Made by a program: the position numbers and the translations under genes. Shown here in pieces: positions 14,951 to 27,899 of a DNA stretch of 64,000 nucleotides (positions are counted from its first letter, which is position 1; the number at the start of each line of letters is the position of its first letter). Source of the stretch: the human T2T-CHM13v2.0 reference genome, Homo sapiens; the NCBI RefSeq assembly GCF_009914755.1, contig NC_060926.1. One strand, given 5' to 3'. The notes under the pieces are model-generated. The model had not been told where the DNA came from and did no database searches. It saw only the letters and a program-made list of their open reading frames with translations.

Positions 14951-17007
14951 AGTGGCCCCTCCCCGCCAAGTTGTCCCTTCCTATGTGGACTGGCTGACAC
15001 TGGTTAAATCTAGGGCTTTGGAAGAAATCAGGGAGACATTTCTCAACTCCAGCTTTGTCTGCCTTTAAAAGGCAGTCACTTTAGCATAGGCCTTACAATT
15101 TTCTAAGTGCTATTTATTTTACTATTTCATCTCTAGGATTTAATACTTTTCTAAATGAAATGTTTATTATAAACATCCTTTTGCTGCCTCCTGAATAATT
15201 ACAAACACTTTGGCTGCCTGCGAGCCATGCTTGTAGCAGCTGTAGCTCAACATGAGTTCCAAAGATTTGTTTCTAATTTAAAACAAGAATATTATGGTGA
15301 AGGTACTTAGCAAGAGACCTTCAGGCTACTGAAGTCACAGGTAGCTTGCTGCCACTGAAGACAGAAGTGACTGAGACCTGCAATTAATTATCCAAGTATT
15401 TCTCACCTGCATTCAAATCACCGAAGGGGAGGTGGTTGTTAAAATTCAGATTTCTGGGTCCTGACCCAGGCTCACTCCATTAGAACCTGTGATCCTAAGG
15501 CCATGCGAACTTGTAACAAGCATCTTTGATCAAATATTAAGCAAACATCGTGAGCTTCTGTGTGACATTGAACAAAGACTTCTTTGGGTCTCACTGGTAA
15601 AATGATGGGTTTCGCTTCTCTGATTTCATGAAACACATTAAAATTGATTTTTTTCTCACAGTGAGGGAAACTCGTATGAAGGAGCCATGAGTAATAATTA
15701 CGGTTTTAATTCTGCTGTTTGTTTAAAAATACATGCACGTACCCCTTTGTGCTGTAAGCATTCTAACACATGCTCTCCTCTTGCCATGCATTTTTGGCAG
15801 TGACAGGCATTCATGGCAGGACTACTATTTATGCACAGCCTCTTGGGTATCAAACGGAGCATCATTGAATCCAGATATGTTCTGGATGAGAGCATCCACC
15901 CTGCACTTGGTGCAGGAGCTGACGGAACAGCAGGAAGGCCCCATAGGACAAGTTAAAGATGGAGTGTGCTACCTAATGGGTGCTGTGAAGGCTGCGAAGG
16001 TTGCTCTCCAAGTAGTTACAGTGGATTGGCTCCTCTTGGGGCAGGTGGCCTGCCTCAATTGACGACACCAGGTGTAGACTTTTACAAAAGGCCTCTGCTG
16101 CCAAAGATGAATCAGACTGGTGACATGGGAAATAAACAACATGAAGACTTTCACTCAGCTTGTGTTTACTGAGCAATCTCTGCTCTTTTTTTCCTACAGG
16201 AACTCCACAAATTATTTGGTGACCAAAACTTTGGTGGTTTCTACCAATACTTGAAGATCCAAAAGAGTAGAAACCTATCCACAAATTAATGTCATGGTAG
16301 CTAAAAAATATGAGTTGGACTACACAAGAACACAACATTATGTTCCCATTGTAACATTTCCAAATGGAGACATTTGCCTTTTTAATGTCTTTGGTGGGAG
16401 AATGCGGGTCATCTTGCCAAGCTCTCCTTCATAAGGCATTTAATTTTTATGTTTCACTGCTAGTTTGCTTAGAACTGTACATCCTATTCTCCTACTCCTG
16501 CTTGTTTCCTGAATGTTTTAGCAAAAACATCTTAACTCAAAAATGACAAAACCCCTTAGCCTGTCAATGGAAAATCAGTTGCCACAAGGAAAACATGTGG
16601 TAGAGGCAGGCTAGAAAGAACTTGGACTCCTAAGTTGCTCTTAAATTACTGCCGGCTTGCACTCAGACTTTTCCAGACACAGCCTGTGGAAAAGACTCAG
16701 CCGTGCGTATTTTCCGAGGAGCATTTCACAACACAATCTCCATATACCAAGACTGCCTCCATGCAGATCAAAGTCAAGTCCAGACCATAATGGAATTTTG
16801 CCCACCACCTCTCTCTGCTCCCATTAATACTCCTCACTTCGCTTTCACTAAGACTCTGAGAATTAGTGGGATTAAGTAAGAGGAAATGAATTCTGAGATC
16901 CTAAAGAAAAAGAACTTTCCAGGTAGGAAGAAATTTCTAAAGTAGTGTTAAAATTAGGAACAATTTCTAGCTAATCATCTCTAAAAGTAGGCATGGTGGT
17001 TCCAGTT

Positions 17008-17374
17008 GGATGGTTTCAGCAACAGAAATTTATTTTCTCACAGTTTCAGAGGCTAGAAGTCAGAAGTCAAGGTGTCAGGTTTGGTTTCTCCTGAGCCTCT
17101 CTCCTTGCCTTACAGAAGGCCACTTTCTTGCCATGTCATCAGGATTGTTACTCTGTGCACCCACCTATGGTGTCTGTGTGTGTGTGTGTGTGTCCTAATT
17201 TCCTCTTCTTATAAGGACACCAATCAGATTGGATTACAATCCATCCTATGACACCCTTATGTTAACTTAGTTACCTTTTTAAAGGTCCTATTTCCAAATA
17301 CCTTCATATTCCAAGGTATTGGGGGTTAGGGCTTCACCATAGGCATTACTGGGGATGCAATTTAGCCCATAACA
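17008..17374 (-). mobile_element. MLT1B-like LTR
   Basis: caacagaaatttattttctcacag..tcttataaggacaccaatcagattgga..cccataaca. Confidence 0.85.
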
Positions 17375-17599
17375 CCAAGTAACCCAGATTATTAGCAATT
17401 CATGAAAGAGATCAGCACAGGAATGATTTAAATTTTCTATCTAGTAATACTTATGAGTTTGCTTTTGGTTTTGTTAACAAGGCAAAACTACAGGATTAGC
17501 TGGAATAAGCGTGTTTAGAAACAAATGTTTTACTCTAGTTTCCATGGGCTGCATCTGTCGACAAATATCAACCTAACTCCTTTTATTCAGTGAGTTACC

Positions 17600-19000
17600 T
17601 CTTTCCAGCTTTCTTAATCACAGCAATTCCTGAGTGGCCCCTTTGAACCCAATCAGTGTTTTTCACCTCACCTCAGCACTGCTTTTCTATGGTCACATCT
17701 TTCACCTCATGATTTTATGCTTCTGAAATCTTGAGTCCTAGCATCTACTAGTCTACTTGAGGCATCTTATTTAGCAATGCTTTGACACCATCCAGACATT
17801 TAGCCCATTGGCCTTACCACTGTCTCATTATGAATCACCCTCACCCCCATCAATGTGTCTTCTCGTTCTTTCTTATCCAACTTAGATTCTAAGGTCTATC
17901 ATTATAATTATCGTTAGCTTGTTTAGTCCTCTCTCACTCCAGGGTTGGTAGAGTTACAATTGTGGTAAAAACCAAGTCTCTGCTTCTTCCATGGCTTCTT
18001 TCCCATCAGCTGCAGAAAAATGCAACTTTTTTGACTGTGTTCACTTCTCAGTGGTAGACAGAATGATGCCCCCACCAAGGATGCCCATGTCCTGATCCCC
18101 AGAACCTGTGAATGTGGGACTTTGCAGATGTAATTAAATTATGGCTCATGAGATGGGGGAGATTATCCTGGATTATAGGGTGAGCCCAATGTAATCACAT
18201 GAATCCTTATAAGAGGGTGGTAGGAGGTGGAAGTTCAAAGCAGGAATTGTGAAGATAGAATCAGAGGTCAGAGAGAGGGAGAAATTTGAAGATGCTACCC
18301 TGGTGGCTTTGAAGATAGGGAAAGGAATTATGATCAAGGAATGTAGGAAGCTGGAAAAAGCACAGAAATTGCATCTCCCTTAGACTCTCCAGAGGGATGT
18401 GGCCCTGATTGTACCTTGATTTTAGCTCCACAAAACTGATTTCAGAGTACTGACTTCTCAGACTGTAAAAGTTTCTGTTGTTTCAAGCCACAAGTATGTG
18501 GTAATGTGTTACAGCATCAATAAGAAGCCAATACATAGAACAAATCTTAGATGACCACTCACTGACCACCATCTGGCCATAGCCCTGTTCCTCTTAGTGT
18601 GCTTGTTTCCTACTGAAATAATCACTCCCAAATGATTATTTCAAGGCTACCTACTTCACAAATCTCCTCTTATACCTCTCCCTACTTAGTATCTAACATT
18701 GTCTCATCTTTCATTGAGAATATAGAAACTTTCCAAAAAATATTATATACCCTTCAGCACCATTTTGACCGGCTGTGTCTGTCTGCTTTGTCTCTAGTTT
18801 CCATCCCCCTGTAGAAAGCATATTCCTCTTCATGTGTTCTGGGCTCACCCTCTTCTTACCTTCTGAAGGCATTTTCTCTCTTCCAGTATTGTTTTATATA
18901 TATAGATATACACCTTTATATGGGTAAAACAGGCTTTTTCCTTTAGAATTAAAATCCACTTTAATATTTTTAAAAGTCTTCCCTTCACTTTGTATCTTCC
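17600..19000 (+). mobile_element. L2 remnants (split by MLT1D)
   Basis: Pyrimidine-rich L2-like tracts flanking the LTR. Confidence 0.5.
18050..18535 (+). mobile_element. MLT1D LTR
   Basis: gtggtagacagaatgatgccccc..gactttgcagatgtaattaa..gccaataca. Confidence 0.85.
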
Positions 19001-19379
19001 TCCAATCTAATTTATATGTAAAAGGAATGTGGACTCATTTCCTTACAATGTAATTAACTTAAGTGTGAAACATTTTATTTTTCCTTTGAGTTAGGTTTAC
19101 AAAACAACTTAGATTTAAAACATATTTTTAAAAGTTAATTTATTTTGAAATACTTTTAAACTTTCAGAGAAGTTGCAAGAAAAGCATAAAAACTCTCATA
19201 TAACCTTCTATATTCTCCAACTATTAACATTTTGCTACATTTGTTTAATCTCTCATCCATTATCATTTTTCTGGAACATTTGAAAACATGTTTTAGACAT
19301 AATGTCCAATATCATTAAATACAACAGTGTAAATTTCTCCAAACAAGGATTCTCTCCTATTGTAGCAACCACAAAAAAA

Positions 19380-20470
19380 AGTTTCACTTAGACCTCCTGT
19401 TCCAGATCTTGACTAACAAGCCTAGGTAATTTAGTACCACATTCTTACTAGTCAAGGCTCACCCTGGCTGCTCCCAGCCTGTGACTGAACATGTTAGTGG
19501 TACGAGTGTAGGACACCAGATTCTTCTAATGGATAATTCTGAAGTCCTCCCATCCTGGCCAAATTTTTCTTAGAACTGTGATGCATCTATTTCTTGAGGA
19601 TCCAAACTAAAGTGATGGTACTGGACATGGGGAGGTCCAATAAAATTGTCAATAAGATGGATATTTGGGGACTAGCTTACTCACTCCCCTCGGGCAAAAA
19701 GGCACCACCCTGAATGATGTGTAGGGCATTGATTATTCCTGGTGCATGGTGGCGGTCCAGTTTCTAAAGGTTTCACTGGAGGTGATCTGAGAAAATGTCC
19801 CTGTGGAAGAGAACACCCTTGCAGGTGCCATAATTCAGGTAATTAAAAGATAGAGGGCAACAATGCCTATAAAGACAGTGGAGATAGCTGGTTATTCCTA
19901 TGATTTATTGCTCCCAAGCAGAGGGATGAGAAACTGAGATTAATAAGTAGTTGACTGAGATTAGTAAGTAGATTAATAAGTGGTGTCCACAGAAGAGGTC
20001 TATGGAAACAAAAAGAATAAATTCTAAGTGGGAGCCAGAGGCATCCTTATAATCTAATTGTAGAAGATTCTTCTATAATCTTCTTTGTAAATAATAAGGA
20101 TGTCTTTATCATCTGCAGTGGAACAATGCACACAGTTGAAGAGCAGACTCGGGATCTGAGTTGACATTCCTATCTGGAGAACAGATTAATCATGAGACCC
20201 CCAAGTAGAGACCTATGGGGACCAGTAACAAATGCAATCCTGACTAAAGTCAGGTTCACATTCTGCAGACCCGCCTAGTGGTGACATGCCCAGCCTCTCT
20301 AAATGTATAATTGGGATTGATATACTTGGCAGATGGAATAATACCCACATTGCAGCCTTTGGCTGTAAAAAATAGCATAGCAGAGAAAGTGAAGTTGAAA
20401 CCTCTGAAACTGACCTGACTACTTTGGCCAAGATACAATTAAAAAAAAAATTCAGAGTGCCTGGCAGAGA
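19380..20470. mobile_element. ERVL-class internal remnants
   Basis: About 20300-20470 translates KCIIGIDILGRWNNTHI.. (ERVL pro/pol ECIIGIDILSSWQNPHI-like). Confidence 0.6.
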
Positions 20471-20638
20471 GTTGTTCTGCTCATTGTGATCATTAGTCAT
20501 ATTGTCAATTATTTTAAAGTTCTACCATTTCAGAAATTTTGATAATCTGATATGAATCAGAAAGATGTATACTTTAAAGGAAGAATGAGATGACTGAGTT
20601 TTATCTATAACTTATTCTATTTAACAGGGTTATGTTAG

Positions 20639-21014
20639 TGTTGTGGACTGATTTGTGTCCACCAAGAACTCATATGTTGAAGCTCTACCTCCCAGTGTGA
20701 TGGTGTTTGGAGATGGGGCCTTTGGGACATAATTAGGCTTAGATGGGATCATGAGGGTAGGCCTTTGTGCCATGATTAGTTGTCTTAGAAGAAGAGACAC
20801 CAGAGAACGTACACACTCTCTCTCTTCACCCATGCGAGGACACAGTGAGAAAGGAGACAGCTGTCTACAAGCCACGAAGAGAGCCCTCACTAGGAACTGA
20901 ATCTATCAGTACCTTGATCTTGGACTTCCCAGCCTCCAGCACCGTGGAAAATATTTGGGGTTAAAGTCACCCAGTCAATGATATTTTGTATAGCAGCCCA
21001 AGCAGACTAATATA
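20639..21014 (+). mobile_element. MLT1A0-like LTR
   Basis: tgttgtggactgatttgtgtcc..ggagatggggcctttggga..atagcagcccaagcagactaa. Confidence 0.85.
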
Positions 21015-21994
21015 GTTAGAAACTGATACTCTACCAGCATGAATTCATCTAAGATGGCCAATAAAGAAATATATTTGGAATTGTTTCTCATATAACAGAT
21101 GCAATTCTTTCCAAATGACCCATTATTTAGAGGAGAGTGAAGAAGCACTTCATTTTCCAATATGTTGATTACACTGAAATCTATTTTACCACAGACAAAA
21201 AGGTGACTCCATAGTATTTAAAAGTAGGACAAGAAGACATAACATTACCAAGACTGATCTTTAGACCAATGTGTGGGTCTTGGGAAAATAAATGTAAATA
21301 ACAGTTGACATAGAAAAAGAAATACTAAAGGTTTGAGAAAAGAAAAAGTTGAAGAAAAATTGGGAGATAAGTTTTATTATTGTCTTGCAGAAAATCATTT
21401 AGAAAGGTCTTGAGAATAAACTCAAGAAGGTTCACAAGGGATGTGAGTTTAATGAAAAGAGACTATTTCTGTGTGATCAAATTATACTTGTTACTATTTC
21501 AGTGCAAATTCTGAAATGGAAAACTAGGAAAGCAATTCTATTTGAGGCATCAAGTGTTGCAGATGGAGGCTGAATTGATCTCTAGAGGAATAACCATAGA
21601 AAATCATTCTGAAAAAAGGATTTATTTCCTCAGTGATGAGGTGTGTTGAGAGAGAGGATCATGCCTTTGACTAGGCATAGAAGCAGGAGTAAATACAAGA
21701 AAAAGATGCAAGAAATACTCATATTATTTAAATCAAGACAATTGCGTTCAACTAACTGACTCAACACCCATTTATCATTGACCTTATGCCAAACATTGTA
21801 CTAGGTAAAAGGAGATAAAATGACTAACTTAGGTGCTGTAAGTTACTTGACTGTGTATACTGCATTCTGGGACAAAGCCTGAATTCACTGTTATTTTCAG
21901 ACATGCCTAGGCACATTTGAAATACTTGTAAAGAGAGCTGATCCAACATAGATTGGCATGAGTGATCAAATTGCTGAGGTTAACACTGATTACT

Positions 21995-22298
21995 GTTTTT
22001 TGTTTGTTTGTTTGTTTGTTTTGTTTTTTTCCTCTGTCACCCAGCCTGGAGTGCAGTGGCACCATCTTGGCTCACTGCAACCTCTACCTTCCAGGTTCAA
22101 GTGATCTTCTGCCTCAGCCCCCCAAGTACCTGGGACTACAGGCATGCACCACCACGCCCAACTAATTTTTGTATTTTGGGTAGAGATGGGGTTTCACCAT
22201 GTTGGCTAGGGTTGTCTCGAACACCTGACCTCAAGTGATCTGCCTGCCTTGGCCTCCCAAAGTGTTGTGATCACAGGTGTGAGCCACCACACCTGGCC
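21995..22298 (-). mobile_element. AluS
   Basis: Antisense dimer with (tttg)n tail and TSD-like tgattact. Confidence 0.92.
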
Positions 22299-22495
22299 AA
22301 TATTGATTACTTCTTAAGGGTACTGCTTCATGTGTTCAAGTAAATAAAACATACACAAAGTACCCTAACGCATTGACTACTCACATCCTTCTATATCACT
22401 AGTAGTCATGAAGAAGCGGAGGATTTTCTTTACATTGGTGAATTATCAGAGAGTATCTTATTTTCAGGTTGCTGGTGTTAGATACTGTTACGTTA

Positions 22496-22816
<321 letters not shown>

Positions 22817-23879
22817 CTCCAATTACTCCATTATAGGCTTTTATATATATAATTCATTAGTGAAGTAGTAACATATTTCAGGTGATTCATTAAAACAGTC
22901 CTCACTGAGCCCTTCTCTTTGCTGGTTACTGTGTTGAGTGTCAGGGATACAGAGATCCATGAGAGGTGCTATTCCTGGAGGAATCAGAGTCTAGTGGTAG
23001 TGGCAGCCATGTGGGCAGATAATTACTGGATAATATGATATGTACTTTTTAGAAATAAAAGTAGAAATGGAACTGCCAAGGAGGGAATGACCAGTTTTCA
23101 GGATATCAGAAAAGGATTTACAGAGGATGATGTATTTTGGTTTTAAAAGACAAGTAATCCAGACAGGTTAATGGAACTACTGAGTTAGAAAAAAAATGAA
23201 ACATCCAAAGAGCCCTGTGGTAGGATTTCCAGGAGTAGAGGAGGCTGATTTGAACACAATTGTCAAAGATAATCAGACCGAGGTCAGTATATCCAGACGA
23301 GCAAGTGAATATAGTGCTTGATTTTTAAAAAAGCATCTTTGCTAAAGATGAGCAAAGCCCATACTCAGAGCTGTCAAATGATGAGCGTCTTTTTTTGAAG
23401 TGTATTAGCCCATACAACTATTAAGAGTTACTGAAAATTTGATGTAAATTTTGGAAAATGGTTATAGTTAGTGACTTCTTTCTACCTTCCTAGTGACCTC
23501 TCTTGATTTTTACCTGATAGATCAATAAACACATTTAGGGAAAGAACATAAATTACATTATGAACATATGCTTAGATTCAGAGAGACAGAATTGTGTCCA
23601 CATTTCAATTCAAAATAGGAGAAGGTGTACTTTTAAATCTGCTGTTTGGTTACCTTAAAGTTTAATAAGTGTTTATCAATTCTCAGTGATGTATAAAATA
23701 CATTCTAAGCAAATTCGGAGATACAGTCCCATTTTTAGTTTGGAATACATTGAGGATCAAGTGTTTCAACTCTAAGATAAGAACAGCAATAATGGGAACA
23801 CAAAGTTCCCATTAGGCCACAAGGTTTAAGTAATCTAAGATAGGTTGGTGTTGGCCAGGAGTTAACTGCCAGTGACTCT

Positions 23880-24880
23880 CAGGTTTTTAAAGTCTGAGTA
23901 TATCTTAAGTTCTCCTTCAATTTTGAAGATAGTTGTGTTGGATATAAATTTTTTGGTCGACAGATTGTTTTTCTTTCAATCCTTTGCATATCATCATCCC
24001 ACTGCCTTCAGCTTCAATACTTTTTGATCAGAAATAAGCTGTCAATTTTATTGGGAATCCTTTGTATACAATGAATCACTTTCTTGCTATTTCCAAGATT
24101 CTCTCTTTGCTGCTGTCTTTTGACAGTGTGAATATAGTTGAAAGAAAAACGTTAGACAGATTAAACTGAACACAGTTTAATTGAGCAACTAATGACTTGC
24201 GAATTAGGCAGCCAATCAGAACCAGTAGTTCAGAGAGCTCCACTTCAAAACATGGACAAGGAGTATTTATAGATAGGAAATGGAAGTGAGGTACAGAAAC
24301 AGCTTGGCATTTGCCTTATATTGACATCGTCTGATCAGTTGGCTGTCTGGGATTGGCTGAAGCTTGACTGCTGTTATTGGCTGAGATGCAGCCAATTGTT
24401 ACCAAAAATATATTTCTAAGTTAAGTCTTTATGTACTAAGTTAGGAGGCAGTTCCTTATGTAGGGCCTAAAGGTATGAGGACAGCCTCGGGTCAAATTTA
24501 GCATAATTTAACTGTATAATATATCTAGGTGTGTCTGTCTTTGAGTGTATTCTATTTGAGAGTTGTTAAGCTTCTCAGATGTGCAGATTAATCGTTTTTA
24601 TTGAATTTGGGACGTTTCAACCATTGTTTATTTAAATATTTATTCCTGTTTCTCTCTCTCTTCTCTTTTTGGGCTTTCCTTATGCATATACTGGTACATT
24701 TGATGGTGTCCCATAGATCTCTGAGGCTCTATACATTTTTCTTTACCCTTTTTCTTTTATATTCCTCAGGCTGGATAATATTAACTAGTCTGTTTTAAAG
24801 TTTACTGGTTCTTTTTTCTGCCAGTTCAAATATGCTGTTGGGCCCCTCTAGTGAGTTTTTCATTTTAGTTATTATTGTAT
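23880..24880 (-). mobile_element. L1M ORF1 remnant with nested LTR
   Basis: ttttgaagatag..ggatataaa..cccactgcctt..gatggtgtcccatagatctctgaggctct; abuts the VLIG relic terminal exon. Confidence 0.75.
24138..24511 (-). mobile_element. ERV1-type LTR (MER31/MER67-like)
   Basis: gtttaattgagcaa..ggaagtgaggtacagaaacagc..gattggctgaagc.. nested in L1. Confidence 0.6.
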
Positions 24881-25595
24881 TTACCGTTTTTTATATCCAT
24901 ACACTTGGATATAATCCAATGGAAGTTTAGCACTGAAAAATGTACAACTGCTACTGGATGGGGCAACCTTTAGAATCCGGAGAACCAGATTTGTGCTCCT
25001 AGGAAGTCTAACCAGGACAATCATGCTTAGCTCTAGAACAGGTAGGGCTGCTCTCCAGCCTACCTCCAGGCAGCTGACAGTGACTTGGTCCTCATTATCA
25101 GGAAAGCAACAGGAATTGTTTGTTTTTGTAGGTTTATTATAAATAGCTATGAGGCAAGAAATAGGTAAAAGGTTTTTACTCTCACAAAAGGCTAAGGGTT
25201 TGTGAAACTGACTCTTCACAGGTAATTGACAGTGGGATATCCACTGTCTTCTTCAAGGACAGTCCTAAGTCTACTTACTGGGTGTGGGTGTGACCTCATA
25301 CTCTGGCCAATAAATTAATGACCTCAGAACATAATGGTACAAAATCAGCACATTTCTCAAAGTCTGGGTTGTCTCGTGAAGTAGCACAGAAAGAACATTA
25401 ACAGTGTGTTCCTGCTTGAAAGTCATTAGGTTTTGTCCAGTCTCTTTTGGGTCCTTTTTCTAATTTGATTCAAAGAAGCTGTATACATGCTTTTCCCAGG
25501 TTTTCTGATTTTAGCTTCTCATCTCAGAGTTTCTGCTCAAACGAAAATACAATCTCTTCACACAAATGAGGGATAATTTTTAGGCGTAGTATACT
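24881..25595 (-). pseudogene. VLIG relic terminal exon O with Cys/His motif
   Basis: Acceptor ttctttttcctttggaacttag|. Reads SILRLKIIPH..GTHC*CSFC..LLARV*GHTH/HPVSRLR..EEDSGYP../SQFHKPLAFCESKNLLPISC (cf. VLIG RVxGCxxQCPFC..C..H..FHRP..C). Confidence 0.7.
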
Positions 25596-25874
25596 CTAAG
25601 TTCCAAAGGAAAAAGAAACATTTTTCTCTTCCTGACTGCCTGCCCCATAAAAAAAGCAACAATGTCTGCAGAGACTCCATCCAGTTTATATCAGTGCACT
25701 GAGCTCATAGTTTCTCATTCCTAATGCCAGTTTCAGTGTTTATGGGGCTTCAGAGTTATCCCCAAAGACAATGGATTAATATTTATTTTTTATTTTTATA
25801 GCTAAGGGAGCCCATTCACTCATAATCAAAAACAAAGAAATAGCAAGTCTCATAAGAGAACTGAAGTTACTTAT

Positions 25875-25988
25875 ATCTTGCAAGATAAAATATTTTTACA
25901 GGTTTTGAATGTCAGTTTTTAGTTTTTTTCCAGCTTCTACCCATAATAATTTCAAAATTCTTGAGGATCTGATTTTAAAGAGGTCATC
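25875..25988 (-). pseudogene. VLIG relic exon N (donor mutated)
   Basis: tttgcaatag| DDLFKIRSSRILKLLWVEAGKKLKTDIQNL*KYFILQD |ataagt (gtaagt with G>A). 114 nt, phase 0/0. Confidence 0.5.
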
Positions 25989-26610
25989 CTATTGCAAATG
26001 CACTATTTTCAAAAAGTGTTTCCAAACACACACAAACATAAGAAGCAGGGTGCCCCTTGGTTGTAAATAAAATATTGAGTGTGTGTTCTCCAAAATCACA
26101 AAGATAACTATTTGTGAAACAGTGACTTAATGGAGGAAAAAGATACTGCCATCTCTCCTATTCCTGTTTGGAGGCAATTCAGTATCCCCACGGTCATAAA
26201 TTTCTGGTTGAGTGTTTGATATTATAAGTACTTAAAGACCTGACAGATGGAGACAGAAGTATGAACTACTGCAATACAAGGAAAGAGTCATATAAATTTT
26301 CCTTTAAAAAGAACAGAAAGAACCTGAAGTTGAACTTAGCAGGGAACAGTTACAATGAGCTTGGATGTCTAGTTGAGGACAGGCTGCCTGTGGACAAACA
26401 GGTGATGGTCCTTTTATAGTAATAAGCAGGGTTACCAGCACAAATTTGGCACAGCCCTGTCTACCATGACTCCATTTTCTCTACATCACTGTGGGACTTC
26501 TTGTCCTGAGTAGAGAGAAGCTCCAACAAAGGCATTTAGTAAAAACACAAAAACCCTAATTTTAGAATTCAGAGAGACTGGTTACATTTTTGCTTTACTC
26601 TGTAACCTAC

Positions 26611-26722
26611 TTCACATAAACGGAATGGAAAGTTTTGTTCTGATTCTATCAAAAGTGATAGAGTGCTTTGATTCTGGACTCATCTTCAAAATTCTTGCTG
26701 CCTCATCCATCATTTCTGTGAC
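26611..26722 (-). pseudogene. VLIG relic exon M (helical region)
   Basis: tagtgcag| VTEMMDEAARILKMSPESKHSITFDRIRTKLSIPFM* A|gtaggt. Confidence 0.5.
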
Positions 26723-27525
26723 CTGCACTATAATTAGTTATGGCATGCTAATATCCTCAATCACAAAGTGGAAATTAATACCTGATATTTCTGCATATAA
26801 AGATCAAGTGGATAGAACACATATGTAAGTCTTATAGGAATTACTTTGTTTTCTGTGATACTTCAGTTTTGTGAATTAAAGAAATAAAATACATAGATCA
26901 AAAATATTTGTGACCATAATTGTCATAATGAGGAGCCCATGGTAAATACTTAATAAATATGTGTTGAATGAATAAGTGGAATAAAGGTCAAATCACTACA
27001 TATTCTAACTGCAATTATAGTAAACACAGAATTCAAATATAAAACTATTTGTCTTAAAAAAACCACAGAGAATCTACCACCCATTAAAAAACCTTGTTTT
27101 TTTAATGAACCCTGAAAGATTAAATATCTCCCCTTTTTTTTGTATGAAAAGGCTTCAGCAAATGAATCTCCTCAGGAATATTTGAAAGAGTTTACTTCCA
27201 GAACAATATACTCAATTTTCTAGTATCAATTATACTAGAAATCTTGTGAAGAATGTAACCTAATAAATAAGGGGCTGTTGATTTCCCTAACAATTAGTTT
27301 ACTTATGTCCTACAGGATATACTGGGTATGTGTGTGTGTGTTGGGGGTGGTGGGCAGGGTTGTACTGGCAGTGGAAGTCAAAGGTGTTGATTTACTCCTT
27401 CCAGTAAAAACAAGCTGTTACCTTATTTTCTGAGCAGTGACAACTCCTGGTTCTGGGCACAGCTTTTGTAACTCACGAACAGCCAGTCAGAAGCAGTACA
27501 TAAAGACCTCAAAAGAATAAAATGA

Positions 27526-27654
27526 GCTCTTGCCTGCTGCCATGTAAGACATGACTTTGCTTCTCATTTGCCTTCTGCAGTGATTGTGAGGCCTCCCCAG
27601 CCATGTGGACCTGTGAGTCAAATAAACCTTTTTCCTTTATAAATTAAAACCAAT
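27526..27654 (+). mobile_element. THE1 LTR 3' fragment, apparently a polyadenylated retrocopy
   Basis: THE1 text ends about 20 nt after AATAAA (27621) in an A-rich tail; 10-bp TSD aataaaatga at 27516-27525 and 27655-27664. Confidence 0.75.
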
Positions 27655-27899
27655 AATAAAATGAAAAAATTTCATTTATGAATGCTGGACGTAGTGCTGG
27701 AAGATCATTTATGAATTTTATTTACGAAATATGAATTATGTAGTTTGTAGGGGCCAGTTTTCAGTATCAATAGGATATTGAAAATATGATTAATTTCATA
27801 TTGAATTTTCTTGAAATCTCACATTATCTTCTTCCAGATGACAAAGAGGGTTGATTAACTGGAGTAGATTAAGGTTTGGGAAGAAAGGCTGTTTTGTGA

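Noticed and set aside
25273-25279. Strong minus-strand donor CA|gtaagt as the end of exon O
   Set aside because: VLIG-like residues (PVS.., FHKP) continue past it, so it is probably internal coding sequence or a cryptic site.
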